This document shows positions 31,050 through 44,739 of a stretch of DNA of 64,000 nt, one piece after another; position 1 is the first letter of the stretch; each line of letters starts with the position of its first letter. The notes beneath the pieces were generated by a model, which did not search any database, was not told where the DNA came from, and saw only the letters and a program-made list of their open reading frames with translations. The position numbers and the translations under genes were made by a program. This stretch comes from the human T2T-CHM13v2.0 reference genome, Homo sapiens. The stretch lies in assembly GCF_009914755.1 (NCBI RefSeq), contig NC_060929.1, one strand, 5' to 3'.

Positions 31050-32052
31050 CTTATAATCATATTCATCTGTTTCTTCCCGGACCCCTCCTTCCAATGAAAT
31101 TCCTTCTCTTTACCCATCTGGCAACAAGATGAATGGCAGCTTTTCTAGCTCTAGGTTGAGTAACTTTCAGTTACTGCAGGGAGCAAACTGCCTTTCTGAC
31201 AAGAAGAATGAAATATGAAAGGGTGACATTGGGTGTTTCAAAACTCCTCCTCAGTATCTTACAGATATTGCACGTGCTTATAACCTGGTACAATGACAAA
31301 GGAAAAAAATGCCTGTTTCTCTGGGAAGCAAGAACCACCATCAATAGACTGACATGAACTAAAGGAAATCTAAATGCTAGAAATGATCAATGATGATTAG
31401 ACAAATACTAATTTTAAAGCATATCTATGTGTATTGACTGCAAATACTTTCGTAAAGTTATTCCTTCGTATATTGAACAATTTTCTCCAGTTCTTATCAT
31501 AACAGTTTTTCACATGTTCTATATAGTTTATAAGATAACTAAACTTTTCCCAAATCAAGTTTACACACCAAAATTATAGTTCCTCTTCTTTCTTGCAGTC
31601 ATATTGTTACCATTTATAACCAAAATTTTGCAAAAAGTGAAGAGAATCCTTTTTTTTAGAATGAACAATTTCTTAATTTAATATAAAGTTTCTGTTAGAG
31701 TGAGATTAATGTGATGTACAGGGGCAAAACTGCCCAAAAGGTCATTTTATGTAGATAACAAAACAGAAGTTAGATTTCCCATCTTCAGAAACATTTAGGA
31801 CGATGTTGAGCATGAAATCCACTCCTAGAGCTGTATGTTTTAGGTTCTCTCATTTCTCCAAGTCAGTCAGTTTAAAGGCTCTATTCTTCTTGTTTCCCTT
31901 AAACCTTGGAATACTCTTCCAAATAAAAATCTATCAAAGACCTGTCCAATAAGTGCCAAATACTTCTAACAATTTTGCATGTGTGGGTGTAAAACAAGGC
32001 ATTTATTCATTAACTATGTATTTATTAAACTCTTACTCTTCTAGTGCTAAGT

Positions 32053-32270
32053 CACTGCTCCTGAACCAGGGAAAATTTTGCAACCCGCCCTCAGGACATT
32101 TGTGATGTCTGCAGACATTTTCATTATCACACTGGTTGGGGGAGAGGGTTGCAACTGGCATCTAGGTAAAGACCAGAGATGCTGCTAAACATCCTAAAAT
32201 GCACAGGACAGCCCCTCCACCAAAGAAATATCTGGTCCAAACTGCCGTTGGTGCCGAGGGGGAAAATCTA
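32053..32270. mobile_element. MER20 hAT-Charlie element
   Basis: GATGCTGCTAAACATCCTAAAATGCACAGGACAGCCCC. Confidence 0.85.
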
Positions 32271-32324
32271 TGTAGATCCTTGAAAATAAAAAGAAAGTCA
32301 TAGATAAAGACTGGAAATGATTAG

Positions 32325-32442
32325 AAACCCACCCGGCTGAGCCTGGCCTAAATTGTCAAGCAGAAACTATGAGTTAAATAGTTACTGTTTCAAGCAAATA
32401 CGTTTGAGGTTGACGTGTTTCACAGAAATAGTTAAGTGATAC
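32325..32442 (+). mobile_element. MLT1 LTR 3' fragment
   Basis: GCTGAGCCTGGCCTAAATTG...AAATAGTTAAGTGATACA resembles an MLT1H/I/J end. Confidence 0.45.
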
Positions 32443-34339
32443 AAATTGTTAATTGAAACAATGGGCCTGAATGAGAGCACCCAAAATGATCTTGTCAAAC
32501 CAGAAGACATAAGGGCAGAAGGATAGAAGGATGGAATGCTGACGAGAGGCAGGTTTCAGAGGACTGGTGGAGAGAAAGAGAGGAGCCAGCAAAAGTAAGG
32601 GCATTGGGGGTGGGGGTGTCAGATGGAGGGAGAAAGAAAACAAGGAAGACAGAGGTAAGAGAGTCAGCATGAACAGTTACAGGAAAGGAGGGGAAGGCAA
32701 TCAGATGAAAGGGAGAGGCCAGAAAGAGAAAAAGTATTAATAGGAATATCCTGTTAAACAATACCTCTTTAACTTCACACCTTAAAGAAAAAACAAAGCT
32801 AGATTCCAGGAATTTGTTTTTAGGCACAGGGACCACAGTTGGGCTGACACTTTACTGGCCTCCTGAAAGAATGAACAGATAATTGAGATTCTGGTCAGTG
32901 CCCATAATACCAGAATTAAGGGCAAATCCCTCTGCCAACAGCTGGAGAACTGTCCTCACTGGGCAGTGAAGACATCTCATGTGTAGCCACCAAGATTTCA
33001 TCATGGCCATGGCTTGTCACTGTCAGGAGCACTTTCAGGTATGATACTGTTAGGTGGGGCTATAGATTTGAAAACTTGTCAAACCAACATCCTCCAAACA
33101 GAAGGCTGAATTAAAAACAATAACTAAGTCTATAATACTGATGGGTGCTTTAGGCAATGAAGCTCATCTGACAGGTCCAGCAGGCATTTGATAGAAGGGG
33201 AGTTGTTCCAGGGAGCCTGTACTCTGTAGAGCGTCATGAGGGCACCCACTGGTGGAAGGAGCAACAGGGCCACATGGAGAGAAGAGGGGGACTGTACCTG
33301 CACAGGGGCTCCAACAACATATACACAAAGCACCCCTGATCAGCAGGAGTGACAGGAATGAGGTAGACCAATCCCCGGTAAGCTATGAGGACCAGCCTTT
33401 GAGTGGAACTTAAATGGCCACCAAGAAACCATGTGACCTTCCTCAGAACATGAAAGAACAAAGTCTTGGGGAACCTTGGCATTCCTGTCACTCTCCATGT
33501 GAAGATTTGGAAGCTTGCTTACATTGCATCTGTGCCTACAACTGTCCTAGGTCAGTTGGAGTGGATGAGGAGGCAGGACTGGATGTCAGAAGGAGATTTT
33601 ATTCATAGTCTTCAAAGGTAAAGCATAGCTGCTCTTTTAACTACTAGACTAAATGCATACTCATAGAACACCTAATATCCTAAGTCCAAGATTTTATTTA
33701 GGAGTGAGAGATTCAACTTTGCAGTAATAGAAACTGATTCCAAAGTGGTCAAAGTCATAAAGCTGATTTGTAGTAAAATCACACAAAATATTAATTTGCC
33801 CTGGATCCCTAGTCTAGAAAATTTTTGACTGCACTATGTTGCACTTAAACAGGAAATATTAATTGGCACTCTGATAGGTGAATAAATTCAGGGACAAGAA
33901 CTGAGGTGCAGCGATTCCCCTATCACTAGACAGAGCTAGGATGAAATTCAAATCCAGATCATAAGTGTTGGACCCCATGAGCTTAAGAGTACCTTAATTT
34001 TTGTTTTATGTTATGTTCTTCTCAATTTTCTGCATTACCATTTCTTCCCTCAAAAAGTTACACCTCCCCCAGAGTATCTTCTTTTTTTATTGACCCATGT
34101 TCTTTATCTACTTTCTGCAGCAACAGCTCCACTGAGAAAAAAAAAAAATCAGATATTACAAATCTAATTTAGTAACATGAAATAGTTCCCATGAGCTGCA
34201 AGCTGGCTGCTCGTGAGCTGTGGTGAGATTTAAGTATTTAAATGTATACGGTTAATACCCTCAAAGCACAGCAAAAGGCAGTTCACGATGAAGAAACCAA
34301 ATGAAGTCATCCTAAAATTGCAGATTTTTTAAGAAGCAG

Positions 34340-35150
34340 AAACATACAGATTTCAAAAAGGATAAGGAAAAATAATGGACAGATGACATGAAAAATTAGT
34401 TCACACACAAAAAAGTGGTAGACAAGTGGCCAACTAATATACAACTGAGGTTCATACTAACTTATAACAGAATGCAAATAAAACTCTAGTTTCTCATTCT
34501 TACTATCAGATTGCTAAAGATTAAGAATTTTAATAACACTCAAGGATGATAAGAGAGTTGGAAAACAGACATTTTCATATATTCTTAATAGGAATGTAAA
34601 TTGGTGCAAACTTCTTGAAGGAAAATTTGGAAGTAACTATCAGAATGCAAAATGCACATGCCCTGCGGTGTTACCAGTTTACTTCTAGCAATCTATCCAA
34701 CAGGTGTAGGTGCACAAATGAGCTTACAAGTTTATTCATTGCAGGATTATTTGTAATAGCAGAAAACTAAGCACAAGCTAAGCACTCATTAGTGGCTAAT
34801 TGGTTGTTCTTCTTCAATGGGAAAAAAACCATACAATCATTCTGTTTTTAATTGAAATAAATGTATACGTGGTCTTAGGCTGAAACTTCACACTAGAATT
34901 ACCGCAAAAAAAAAATCCCACAACAATTCAGAAAATTGCGTGCAAGACATGCATGCATGTGTATAAAGAGGCTTCTCTGTGCATGGACCATTAATAGACC
35001 AACACCAGAAAACTATTCAGAGTGGCTACCCCTGGCTAGAAGTTCTAGGGGAGGTGTGAGTAGAAATGGAAGATGATCTTTAATTTTTATACTATGCTCC
35101 TTTGTCATCTTTAAGTTATATCTTGTGAGCATGCATGTATTGCTTTCCTA
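34340..35150 (+). mobile_element. Old L1 (L1ME) 3' fragment
   Basis: GGAATGTAAATTGGTGCAAAC, TTCATTGCAGGATTATTTGTAATAGC. Confidence 0.65.
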
Positions 35151-35282
35151 ATAACTAAGCTATTTAATGAAAAGAAGTCACACTGCTTCAGATAAGTAAA
35201 CTAAAATTAAAATTCAGTTCTGATTGACTGTATCAATTCTAAGTGTCATTTTGGCCAATTTAGTCCTGAACCCAGGGGATTT

Positions 35283-35792
<510 letters not shown>

Positions 35793-37148
35793 CTAGAAGT
35801 CCCTTTGGCCCTCATACCTAAATCACATTCTCCAAAATAAGTTCTTTTAGAAATAAATACAATGTTCTGATCTCCATCAGAACTGAGGGACAGAAGATGG
35901 GTTTTATTTTAGGAGACTTCCTCAAACCCACAACAAATAATTATATACCTGCTACTACAAACTAGCACCATTTCTTATGGTGACAATTCAAATGTCCTCA
36001 CCCCACTTTTCAGGAGTGTTGAGGCTATCTTGGGCCAGTGGGGAAGGGAGGAAGTAGAGCCCTGGCCATACTCAGAACCAGGGGAACTGGCCTGGCCTGC
36101 GAAGCCACAACCCAAACACCTGTGACCAAACCAGGCCTCTCAGGCCAAGATATACACAAGTAGGAACTGTCCAGTGGGTAGACGGGGTCTTCCGAGCAAT
36201 TCCCAGACTCTCAGAGGCCACAGCGTCATTCATGGTTCCAGGTGCTCTGTCCTATTCTGAGCAAAACTCAAAAGCACTGGTGGGGACCAGGCTAGTGAGA
36301 GTTAGACAAAATGTCCATGCTCCAGGAAACAATGAAAGGTTTTAGGGAAATCATCTTTCTCATTAAGGGAGACAAAACATCAGAAACCAAAGAAGTTGAG
36401 TTGTACAGACATGAAAACCCTGCTGTATCTGAGTAGATGAGAGGGTAGGAGGGAGAAAGGCAGGCAGAATAATGGAGCTCAGAGGATATTTGAGTGCTCA
36501 GAACTCATCCCATGCTACCCGACGGAGAGCAGAGAGGAAGGCTTGGTCCACTCCCTGGGTGCTGCTGGGGAGGGAGCTGCAGGCATGGCAAGGCCTGTCT
36601 TAAGCAGGTGGTAGAATTTTCAGCCTCCACTCCCCCGACAGGGCAGGGCTGGAGAAAGCTGGCCCTGATATTAAAGGAGTATTTTGAAGTATTAAATGAT
36701 GCGGTTTTTTTAAAAAATATTTTTCTTCCCTTTATTTCTCTCTATCCCAAAGCGTCCCCTGCACACACACATATTTATTAGTTACTCAGCTTACTCTTGC
36801 CTCAGGATAGAGATGAGATGCAGTGAAGGACAGAAAAATCCTAAGCTCTTTAAGGTTCTTATTTCTAACAGCAGTCACTGCCCCAGAGCCAAGAGAGGAT
36901 CTTAGGCAGAGACAAAATACCCAAAACCTCAACAGGAGATGGATTTTTCTGAAGGCTCGGGAAGGATTCCCTCAGGCTGGTGGTGGAGCTGGGAGAAGAA
37001 TGAGAAGGCAGGAAGATGGGAACAAAGAGATCCATGAGTCCTGCAGACTCCCAACTCCCCAGCACACCTCCAACCCCAGGATGACATGGCAGACCCTCAG
37101 GAGGGAACAAAGGCAGGCTACGCCCATCCTCATCATCCAGGACTCTCA

Positions 37149-37550
<402 letters not shown>

Positions 37551-38499
37551 CTAGCACAACTCAGGGAGGGAGGTGGTGCGAAATAACTGAGGCTAACTAC
37601 TGTGCAGGAGCTGCAAAGACCCTGCAGATGCCCCTGTGTCACTCACTGGCTAGAACAACACTTTGCTCACAGCCTCTCCCTGCAAACACATGCCACTCTC
37701 TGCCTGGAGCTTCTTCTCACCAGAGTTTCTGGATGAGCTGACTCATGGGTCTCAGTGTGAAGCTTTATCTCTAGCGTTTAATGAAAGTGAGGAGACAGAA
37801 AGGACTCAACTATGAATATTCTGTCTTTACGGCGCAAGCTCCTGGCCGCATAGATCAGCATTTGAAGGCAGCCGAGGAAAATGAAACAAACTTCAAAGTC
37901 CAAAGAGGAAAAAAAGAAGGGCCCGTAGAATATTCTTCAAATGAAATTAACTGACCACCAGATGCTCTGAGGTTTTCAGGCTACTCAGCTTAAATCAGAG
38001 GGAGCGTATCCTAGCGATGGCAGGCCCTGTTCGGCCACAGACTGTCACTTTCTTTTGGTTCTCAAGTAAGAATCCTTGAGGTGCTGTGCCGCAGAGCAGA
38101 TTCAATTTTGTTCACTTAATTTTCATCTCTCCTACATGGTTTTCTTCTACAAAAACGGAGATACCATTTTCTTCAAGGGCCATTTACCATATAAAGAAAT
38201 ACATATAAAGGGAGTAAAAGAAAATTAATATAATCACGTCATAAGGCAATGGATTTTTGTCTCTCCTTTTACACAGTCTGACTTTTGCATACATTGATTA
38301 AAAGCTCCACCAGCGTCTGTCACATACTATTTATATGGAAGCTTTATCACAAAACAGAAACAAATGGTCTCTTTTTTTTTTTCTTTTCAGTCCTCATGAC
38401 TGCTACCTGGGTTTACGCCCTCTTCCTTTCATAGTTTTTATCTCACCCAGCATTCAATCATTAAATCTTGGGGTTTGGAGATAAGGCCTTTCTCTCTCC

Positions 38500-39045
38500 T
38501 GTGTATGTCAGAAATGCTTTCCGGAGAAAGTCATGGAATGCCCAACCGGTGCTGACTTAAACTCTCGACATTTATTGCTATGTAACAAAAAGTTCTAGGG
38601 TTGATTGGTGGCTCAGCAGTATCTCCAAACACCCAGGCTCTGTCTGTTCCCCAGCTCAGCCACATCAAGCGTAATAATTTCTTACCTCACTGTCACAAAA
38701 TAGCTGCCACAGCTCCAGGCACCATGCTCCCACACAGTTATATTCAAAAGCAAGAAACTCAGGAAGAAACCAGGGAAGTGAGAGTGCCTTTATCCTTTAG
38801 CTCTTTCTTCCATGGAGGGAGAGCATTAGGACAAATATCTAATGCATGTGGGGCTTAAAACCCAGATGATGGGTTGATGGGTGCAGCAAACCACCATGGC
38901 ACATGTATACCTACATAACAAACCTGCACATTCCGCACATGTATCCTAGAACTTAAAGTAGAAAAAAAAAAAAAAAAGAAAAGAAAACCCTTTCCAGAAA
39001 TACCTTCCACAGACTCACTCATTGGCTAGAAGTGGGTCATTGTTT
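38500..39045 (-). mobile_element. Old MaLR LTR (MLT1J/K/L-like) interrupted by an L1 tail
   Basis: CACAAAATAGCTGCCACAGCTCCAGGC; CTCATTGGCTAGAAGTGGGTCA. Confidence 0.55.
38814..38987 (+). mobile_element. L1PA7/8-like 3' terminal fragment
   Basis: GGGTGCAGCAAACCACCATGGCACATGTATACC...AGAACTTAAAGTA plus poly-A. Confidence 0.9.
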
Positions 39046-39210
39046 CAATTATAGGGCCTCGCTGATTTTTAAGTAACTGCCAGTTCAGTTTCTTTCTCTT
39101 CTTTCTAATTGCTGCATTCCCCAAATCATCATTCTACTGAACCAATATCCTCCTAAAAGGTCCCTGCCTCAAATCTACCCTCCATACCAATGCTACTCCA
39201 GTACTCAGTA

Positions 39211-39692
39211 AGGTGGCCAGTCTTCAAGAAGCCCCCATGACTCCTGCCTCCTTGCATTTATACCCTTATGAAGTCCCCTCCCACTGGTTGGGTGTGGCCA
39301 AAAGAACATGGCAGAAGTGGTGGGATTTTGTTTCTGAGGTTAGATGATAAAAGACACTGTGGCTTCCGTCTTGGTCTCTCTCATCCCTTCTCTGAGGACA
39401 GCCACTGCCACATTTTGAGGATACTCAGCCACTCTCTGGAGAGATCCACAGAGCAAAGATGGATGCCTCTTGCCAACAGCTGCACAAGTGATCTTGGAGG
39501 TGAATCCCCACCCAAGTCAAGCCCTCAGCTAACATTGTGACTAACACCTCATGAGAAGCTCGAAGCTGGAAACACCCAGCTAATCTGCTCCCTAATTCCT
39601 TACCCATAGAAAATGTGAGATAATAAGTGTTTGTTATTTTAAGTCACTAAATTTGGGGGTGATTTATTATGCAGTGATAGATAATGAATTCA
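39211..39692 (+). mobile_element. MaLR solo LTR (MLT1F-like)
   Basis: AAAAGACACTGTGGCTTCC; TGTGAGATAATAAGTGTTTGTTATTTTAAG...GATAGATAA. Confidence 0.75.
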
Positions 39693-39883
39693 CTTACTGT
39701 GAAACTGTCTTGGTTAAAACCCATAAATGGTCTCTACCACTTACAGCAGAGGACCTGGCATTGCCAGTAGGTGAGTTTTGGTCCACGGAGTCTTTTGAAA
39801 TATTTTGAACTGATGTTTCAAAATTGGGAGATGTTAAATAGACATCATAACATCTTGCCAACCAGGTCCACATTTCCACAGAA

Positions 39884-40146
39884 CACCCAAGGCCTTGGCC
39901 AGAGGATTGGCTGTCTCCTTTACAAAGAGCATGCCTTCCAACTACCAAAGGCCTGGGCCAAAGGATTGCCTGTCTTCTTTATGAGAGCATGCACTCCAAC
40001 TCACTGAGAGGATTGGCTGTCTCCTTTACAAAGAGTATGCTCTCCAACTTATCGAGTGCCCTCCACTCACCCAAGGCCTGGGCCAGAGGATTGGCTGTCT
40101 CCTTTACAAAGAGTATGCTCTCCAATTCATTGAGTGCCCTCCACTC
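39884..40146. repeat. Irregular tandem repeat, 4 copies of a core of about 42 bp
   Basis: Core AGAGGATTGGCTGTCTCCTTTACAAAGAG(C/T)ATGC starts at 39901, 39960 (variant), 40007 and 40085. Confidence 0.9.
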
Positions 40147-40640
40147 TAATTCCCCCAATAGTAGTGAGGACATGTCATAGTTGCCACTTTTTGATCCCTG
40201 CATGAACCATTACTTTAGTTATGTCTGAGACATAGTTTTGTGAACCTTTGCCCCTACCAAAAATGGGCAAACAAAAGATAGACTGAAATATCTCTAGTAA
40301 ATAAAAAGCTAGAAAAGGTTTCCGCACACCTAAGGAAACAGTCAACAGAGAAAGAAGGTAACCTATAGAATGGGAGAAAATATTTGCAAATCATACATCT
40401 GATAAGAGGCTAATATCTAAAATATATAAGGAACTCAATTCAATAGCCAAAAACAAAACAAAAACAATCCACAAATGACCTGATTAAAAAATTTGCAATG
40501 GATTGCAATAAATATTCCTCCAAAGAATACATACAAATGGCCAATAAGTATATGAAAAGATGCTCAACATCATTAATTATTAAGGCAATGCAAATCAAAA
40601 CCACAATGAGATAGCACCCCACACCTGTTAGGATGGTCAT

Positions 40641-40772
40641 TATATATATATGCATACACACACACACACATATATATATATAACCAGATTATATATATTA
40701 TATATATAATATATTATATATAATATATAATTATATTTATATATAATTTATGATATATATTTATATATATTT
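40641..40772. repeat. (TA)n/(CA)n low-complexity tract
   Basis: Nearly pure A/T alternation with a short CA run. Confidence 0.9.
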
Positions 40773-41436
40773 AAAAAACAGAAAATAAGTGTCAGAATGC
40801 GGAGAATAGAAACCCTTGTGCATTGTTGATGGGAATGTAAAATGTAAAATGATGCAGCCTCTATGAAAAACACTATGGAGATCATCAAAAAATTCAAAAT
40901 AGAATGACCAAGCGGAATCCAGCAATCCCACTTCTGAGTATTTATCTAAAAGAACTGAAATCAGGATCTCAAAGAGATACCTGCACTCCCATGTTCACCG
41001 CAGCATTATTCACAATAACCAAGAGGTGGAAACAACTGAAATGTCCATTGATGGGTGAGTGGATAAAGAAAATACAGTATATCCATACAATGGAATATTA
41101 TTCAGCCTTACAAAGAACTGAATCCTGTAATATGCTACAACACAGATGAACTTCGAGGACATTTTACTAAACGAAATAAGTCATCACAGAAGGACAAATA
41201 CTGCATGATTTCAGTTATATGAGGTATCTAAAGTAGTCAAACTCACAGAAGCACAGAGTAGAATGGTGGATGCCAGGGGCTGGTGGGAGGTGGAAACGGG
41301 GAGGTGTTCGATAGGTCTAGAGTTTCAGTCACGCAAGAGAAAAAGTTCCAGAGATCTGCTGCACAACAGTGTGCTTATAGTTTACAATACTATATTGTAT
41401 ACTTAAGAATTTGATAAGAGAACAGACTTCATGTTG

Positions 41437-41744
41437 TATTTATTTATTTATTTATTTTCTGAAATGGAGTCTCACTCTGTGGCCCAGGCTGGAGCGCAGT
41501 GGTGCAATCTCGCTGCAAACTCTACCTCCCAGGTTTTAGAGATTCTCCCACCTCAGCCTCCTGAGTAGCTGGGATTACAGGCACCTGCTACCACACCTGG
41601 CTAATTTTTTGTATTTTTTTTTTTAGTAGAGTTGGGGTTTCGTCATGTTGGCCAGGCTGGTCTCGAACTCCTGACCTCAGGCGATGCACCCACCTCGGCC
41701 TCCTGAAGTGCTGGGATTACAGGCATGAGCCACTGTGCCCAGCC
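41437..41744 (-). mobile_element. Alu (AluS)
   Basis: Full dimer with (TATT)n tail. Confidence 0.93.
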
Positions 41745-41777
41745 TTATGTTCAACGTTTTTTTTTTTTCACCACAAC

Positions 41778-41845
41778 AAAAGAGAGAAAGAGAGAAGGAA
41801 GGAAGGAAGGGAGGGAGGGAGGGAGGGAGGGAGGGAGGGAGGGAA
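41778..41845 (+). repeat. Polypurine (GA)/(GGAA)/(GGGA)n tract
   Basis: About 68 nt of purines including 9 GGGA units. Confidence 0.9.
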
Positions 41846-42096
41846 TAGAAAGTGGGGTAACATCTTTCTTTGTTAGAGAATATTTTCATCTTTTAACATG
41901 TAAACAAAGTGTCTAACAACTATAAGCAGGTCTCAGTTCACTCATTTATCTTACCTGCCTGGTCCCTTTAGGCATCAGTGTTTATTATCCCAGGTCTACA
42001 GGGCAGTGGTGCTTCATAGGCACAGTCCAGGTTCTCTGGAATCCAGCCCAGACCACCAATTCTTGCTGTCTTACCACTTTGTGACATGTCTCCCAC

Positions 42097-42695
42097 TGTG
42101 ATGGTTCACATTATATGCTGACTTGGCTGGGGTATGGTGCCCAGTAGTTTGGTCAAACACCAGTCTAGATGTTGCTGTGAAGGTAATTTTTAGATGTGAT
42201 TAACATTTAAATTGGTGGAATTTACTAAAGCAGATTATCTTCCATCTTGTAGGTGGGACTCATCTAATCAGTTGACAGTCTTAAGAGCGAAGATTGAGGC
42301 TTCTATAGACGAAGGAATTCAGCCTCAAAACTGCAATACAGAAAGCCTGCCTGAGTTTCCAGCTTGCCTGGCCTGCCATGTGGAATTCAGACTCCAGACT
42401 ACAACACCAACTCATACCTGAATTTCCAGCCTGCTGGCTTGTCCAACAGATTTTGTTCAGCACGCACATCATGTGAGTCAACTCTTTAAAGTAAATAAAT
42501 GTGTCTAGCACGTGCGCTGTCTCTCTCTCTCCTTCCTCCATTTATTACACACATACAGATGGGTGTGTGTATGTATGAAAGGAATGTGGGAGGGTGGGTA
42601 TATTAGTTAGGGTTCTCCAAAGATGTGGAACAAAGATACAGAACAAGTGGGAAAGACAGATCTTTCTGTATCTTTGGAGAACCCTAACTAATATA
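42097..42695 (+). mobile_element. ERVL solo LTR (MLT2C/D-like)
   Basis: Starts TGTGATGGTT, ends GGAGAACCCTAACTAATATA; perfect 5-bp TSD CCCAC (42092-42096 / 42696-42700). Confidence 0.88.
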
Positions 42696-42708
42696 CCCAC
42701 CCTCCCAC
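42586..42708. repeat. Perfect 39-bp inverted repeat with 45-bp spacer
   Basis: 42586-42624 GTGGGAGGGTGGGTATATTAGTTAGGGTTCTCCAAAGAT is the exact reverse complement of 42670-42708. Confidence 0.97.
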
Positions 42709-44204
42709 CTTCCTCACACCACCACCTTCTATCCTCCATGTCCTTGGTCATGCACTTGGCCCTGGTCATGCCACCCCCTTCCACCAGGACATCTTGCCCT
42801 CCCATCCCCCCAGCAATGCATTCTCCTTTAACTCAGTCCAACTGTCACCTTGCCCAGGAAGCTCCCCGTGACCACGCAGACTGGGATATATTTTTCTCCC
42901 CGATGACGCTCGTTTGTGCAGATCCCTCTCAACCCACACATTAAGTTGGAACATGACAACTTCCTTTATGTGGCCCACCAGAAGAGGAACCGTGTCTTAT
43001 TCTGTCAAATGAATGAATAAATAAACGGATGAATCCCAACGTGTTATTACTGAGGAGGACAAACATAATAATCTTAGACAAAAGTAGTTTTACAGAATTA
43101 CCATGTAAATCACCATAGAATAGAATAAATGCTTTGTAATTTAGGGGGAAACAGAAGGATTTTCTGGGCTTCTGGCAAAGCTTTTTCCTAACTAAATCAT
43201 TTCAGGCACAGCTTTTGCAAATGCGTCTTCTGCTGGTCATAATTATGCGACTCCCACCCCCCACTGCTTTGAATTACTTTGTGCTAACACCAAAATTGTT
43301 CCACAGAGAGTAGGATTTATTTGCTGAAATGTGATGAGGAGAAGTGGGATAAGAGACATACTTCACATGCGGTGCCTGTTGCTAGCACAGCTGTATTTCT
43401 GAGAAATATATTTCAGTCTTTTGGCTCCATTTCTTTTGTAGTTTAATAACTGAAGTACAAAGCTCATGAAAGCTGGGAATGTGTTGGAAGGTCAGTGAGG
43501 AAAAATGCACGTGGTGCAGTTAGGAGAGACAAGGGAGTTAAAATAACAGGAGAAATTGATCACTTACGATCTTTCTGGTTGGTGGTTTATGGCTAAATGT
43601 CTGTTTCAGCTAAAGACCAAACACTGGCTCACAGCTACAAAGAAAGTAGAACAATTAAAAAACTCAGCAAGGAGAATTCCTTTTGTACCTCTATTATAAG
43701 CATATTGTTTATTTAAAATTATTTTATGTAATGCCAATAGAGTAATATCTTCATGTCATTATATAAATGTAATGGCAGTGGCTAGTTTTGCCATTGGATG
43801 ACAGTCCTACACACTGGAACACATTTTCTCACCTAGCAGAAAGCCTTGCCTGCAGCACTCACCAAATGCCTCCTACAGTATCTTCCTCATGTGCACAAAT
43901 GGCTTTATGTCAGAAATCAACATCCACTGAGACACCAGAAATTTGAACAGGTCCCTAAAGACAGGTTGACTGCTTTTCCTCCCTGTGGCACAGTCATTTG
44001 CAGTCTTTACTTGGTATTGCATCTGTAAATGGGATGTAGATAATATCGCCATCATTTCCAGGGAATATAGTGTTATCCACATCAGCGTTCATGATAACAA
44101 ACACAATGTCCCAGCTGAACTTTGTAATCAGTACTTTTGGGAGAACCAAGTCTGTTTTAGTTTAACAGATGCATCTGATGTTGTTATCTAACCATCTGAG
44201 GCTG

Positions 44205-44420
44205 TGAGGAAGCACAGAACGCAGGCTTTGTCATCAGCCAGTGCTACACCATATCCAGGGCCGGCTTCACCAGATGTGTGATCTTGGGCAAGATGTTTTG
44301 CCTCTCTGACCTGCAGTACTCTGCTCTGTAAAGGAGGTCCATAAAATTCTCTTTGGAGGATCAATATGAAAATCAGAAACAATAAATTAAACTATCTGGA
44401 ATAGGGATTGGCACATAAGA
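44205..44420 (+). mobile_element. MIR fragment
   Basis: TGTGTGATCTTGGGCAAGATG...CTCTCTGACCTGCAG...CTGTAAA. Confidence 0.65.
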
Positions 44421-44739
44421 GATGACAAAAAACAAAAGAAAGTGTTTGTAATAGAATATGGCTGACACTATTCCTGCTGGTTCGGGATTCTGGCTGAAGC
44501 TTTAAATTGAGAATGGAAGAAAAGCCTTTCATGTTCCAAAGGAAAGTGCTGAACACATTTCCCAGCACTTCTGAAAGATCGAAGAGCCAATCTAGAAACA
44601 GAACTCTGTGTCTAGCATGATACATGCAATATGTGTGCAACATGCAACTTGCATGTATATACACCTATATTATGTGTGCATATGTACATACAGTATCTAT
44701 ATACACACCTACACATATGTAAATAAAGCTCATTAAACA

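Larger units (their letters stand above)
40305..41781 (+). mobile_element. L1MA9-like 3' fragment, interrupted by a TA-rich tract and an Alu
   Basis: ORF 40904-41149 resembles the ORF2p C-terminus; 3' UTR AGTTCCAGAGATCTGCTGCACAAC. Confidence 0.85.

Noticed and set aside
39884-40146. Repeat-spacer appearance resembling a CRISPR array
   Set aside because: Primate DNA with no cas genes; the intervening segments are homologous to each other and irregular in length, so it is a tandem repeat
42545-42944. Opposite-strand ORFs sharing the peptides GILVRVLQR and LWRTLTNIPTLP
   Set aside because: A by-product of the DNA inverted repeat, not evidence of coding
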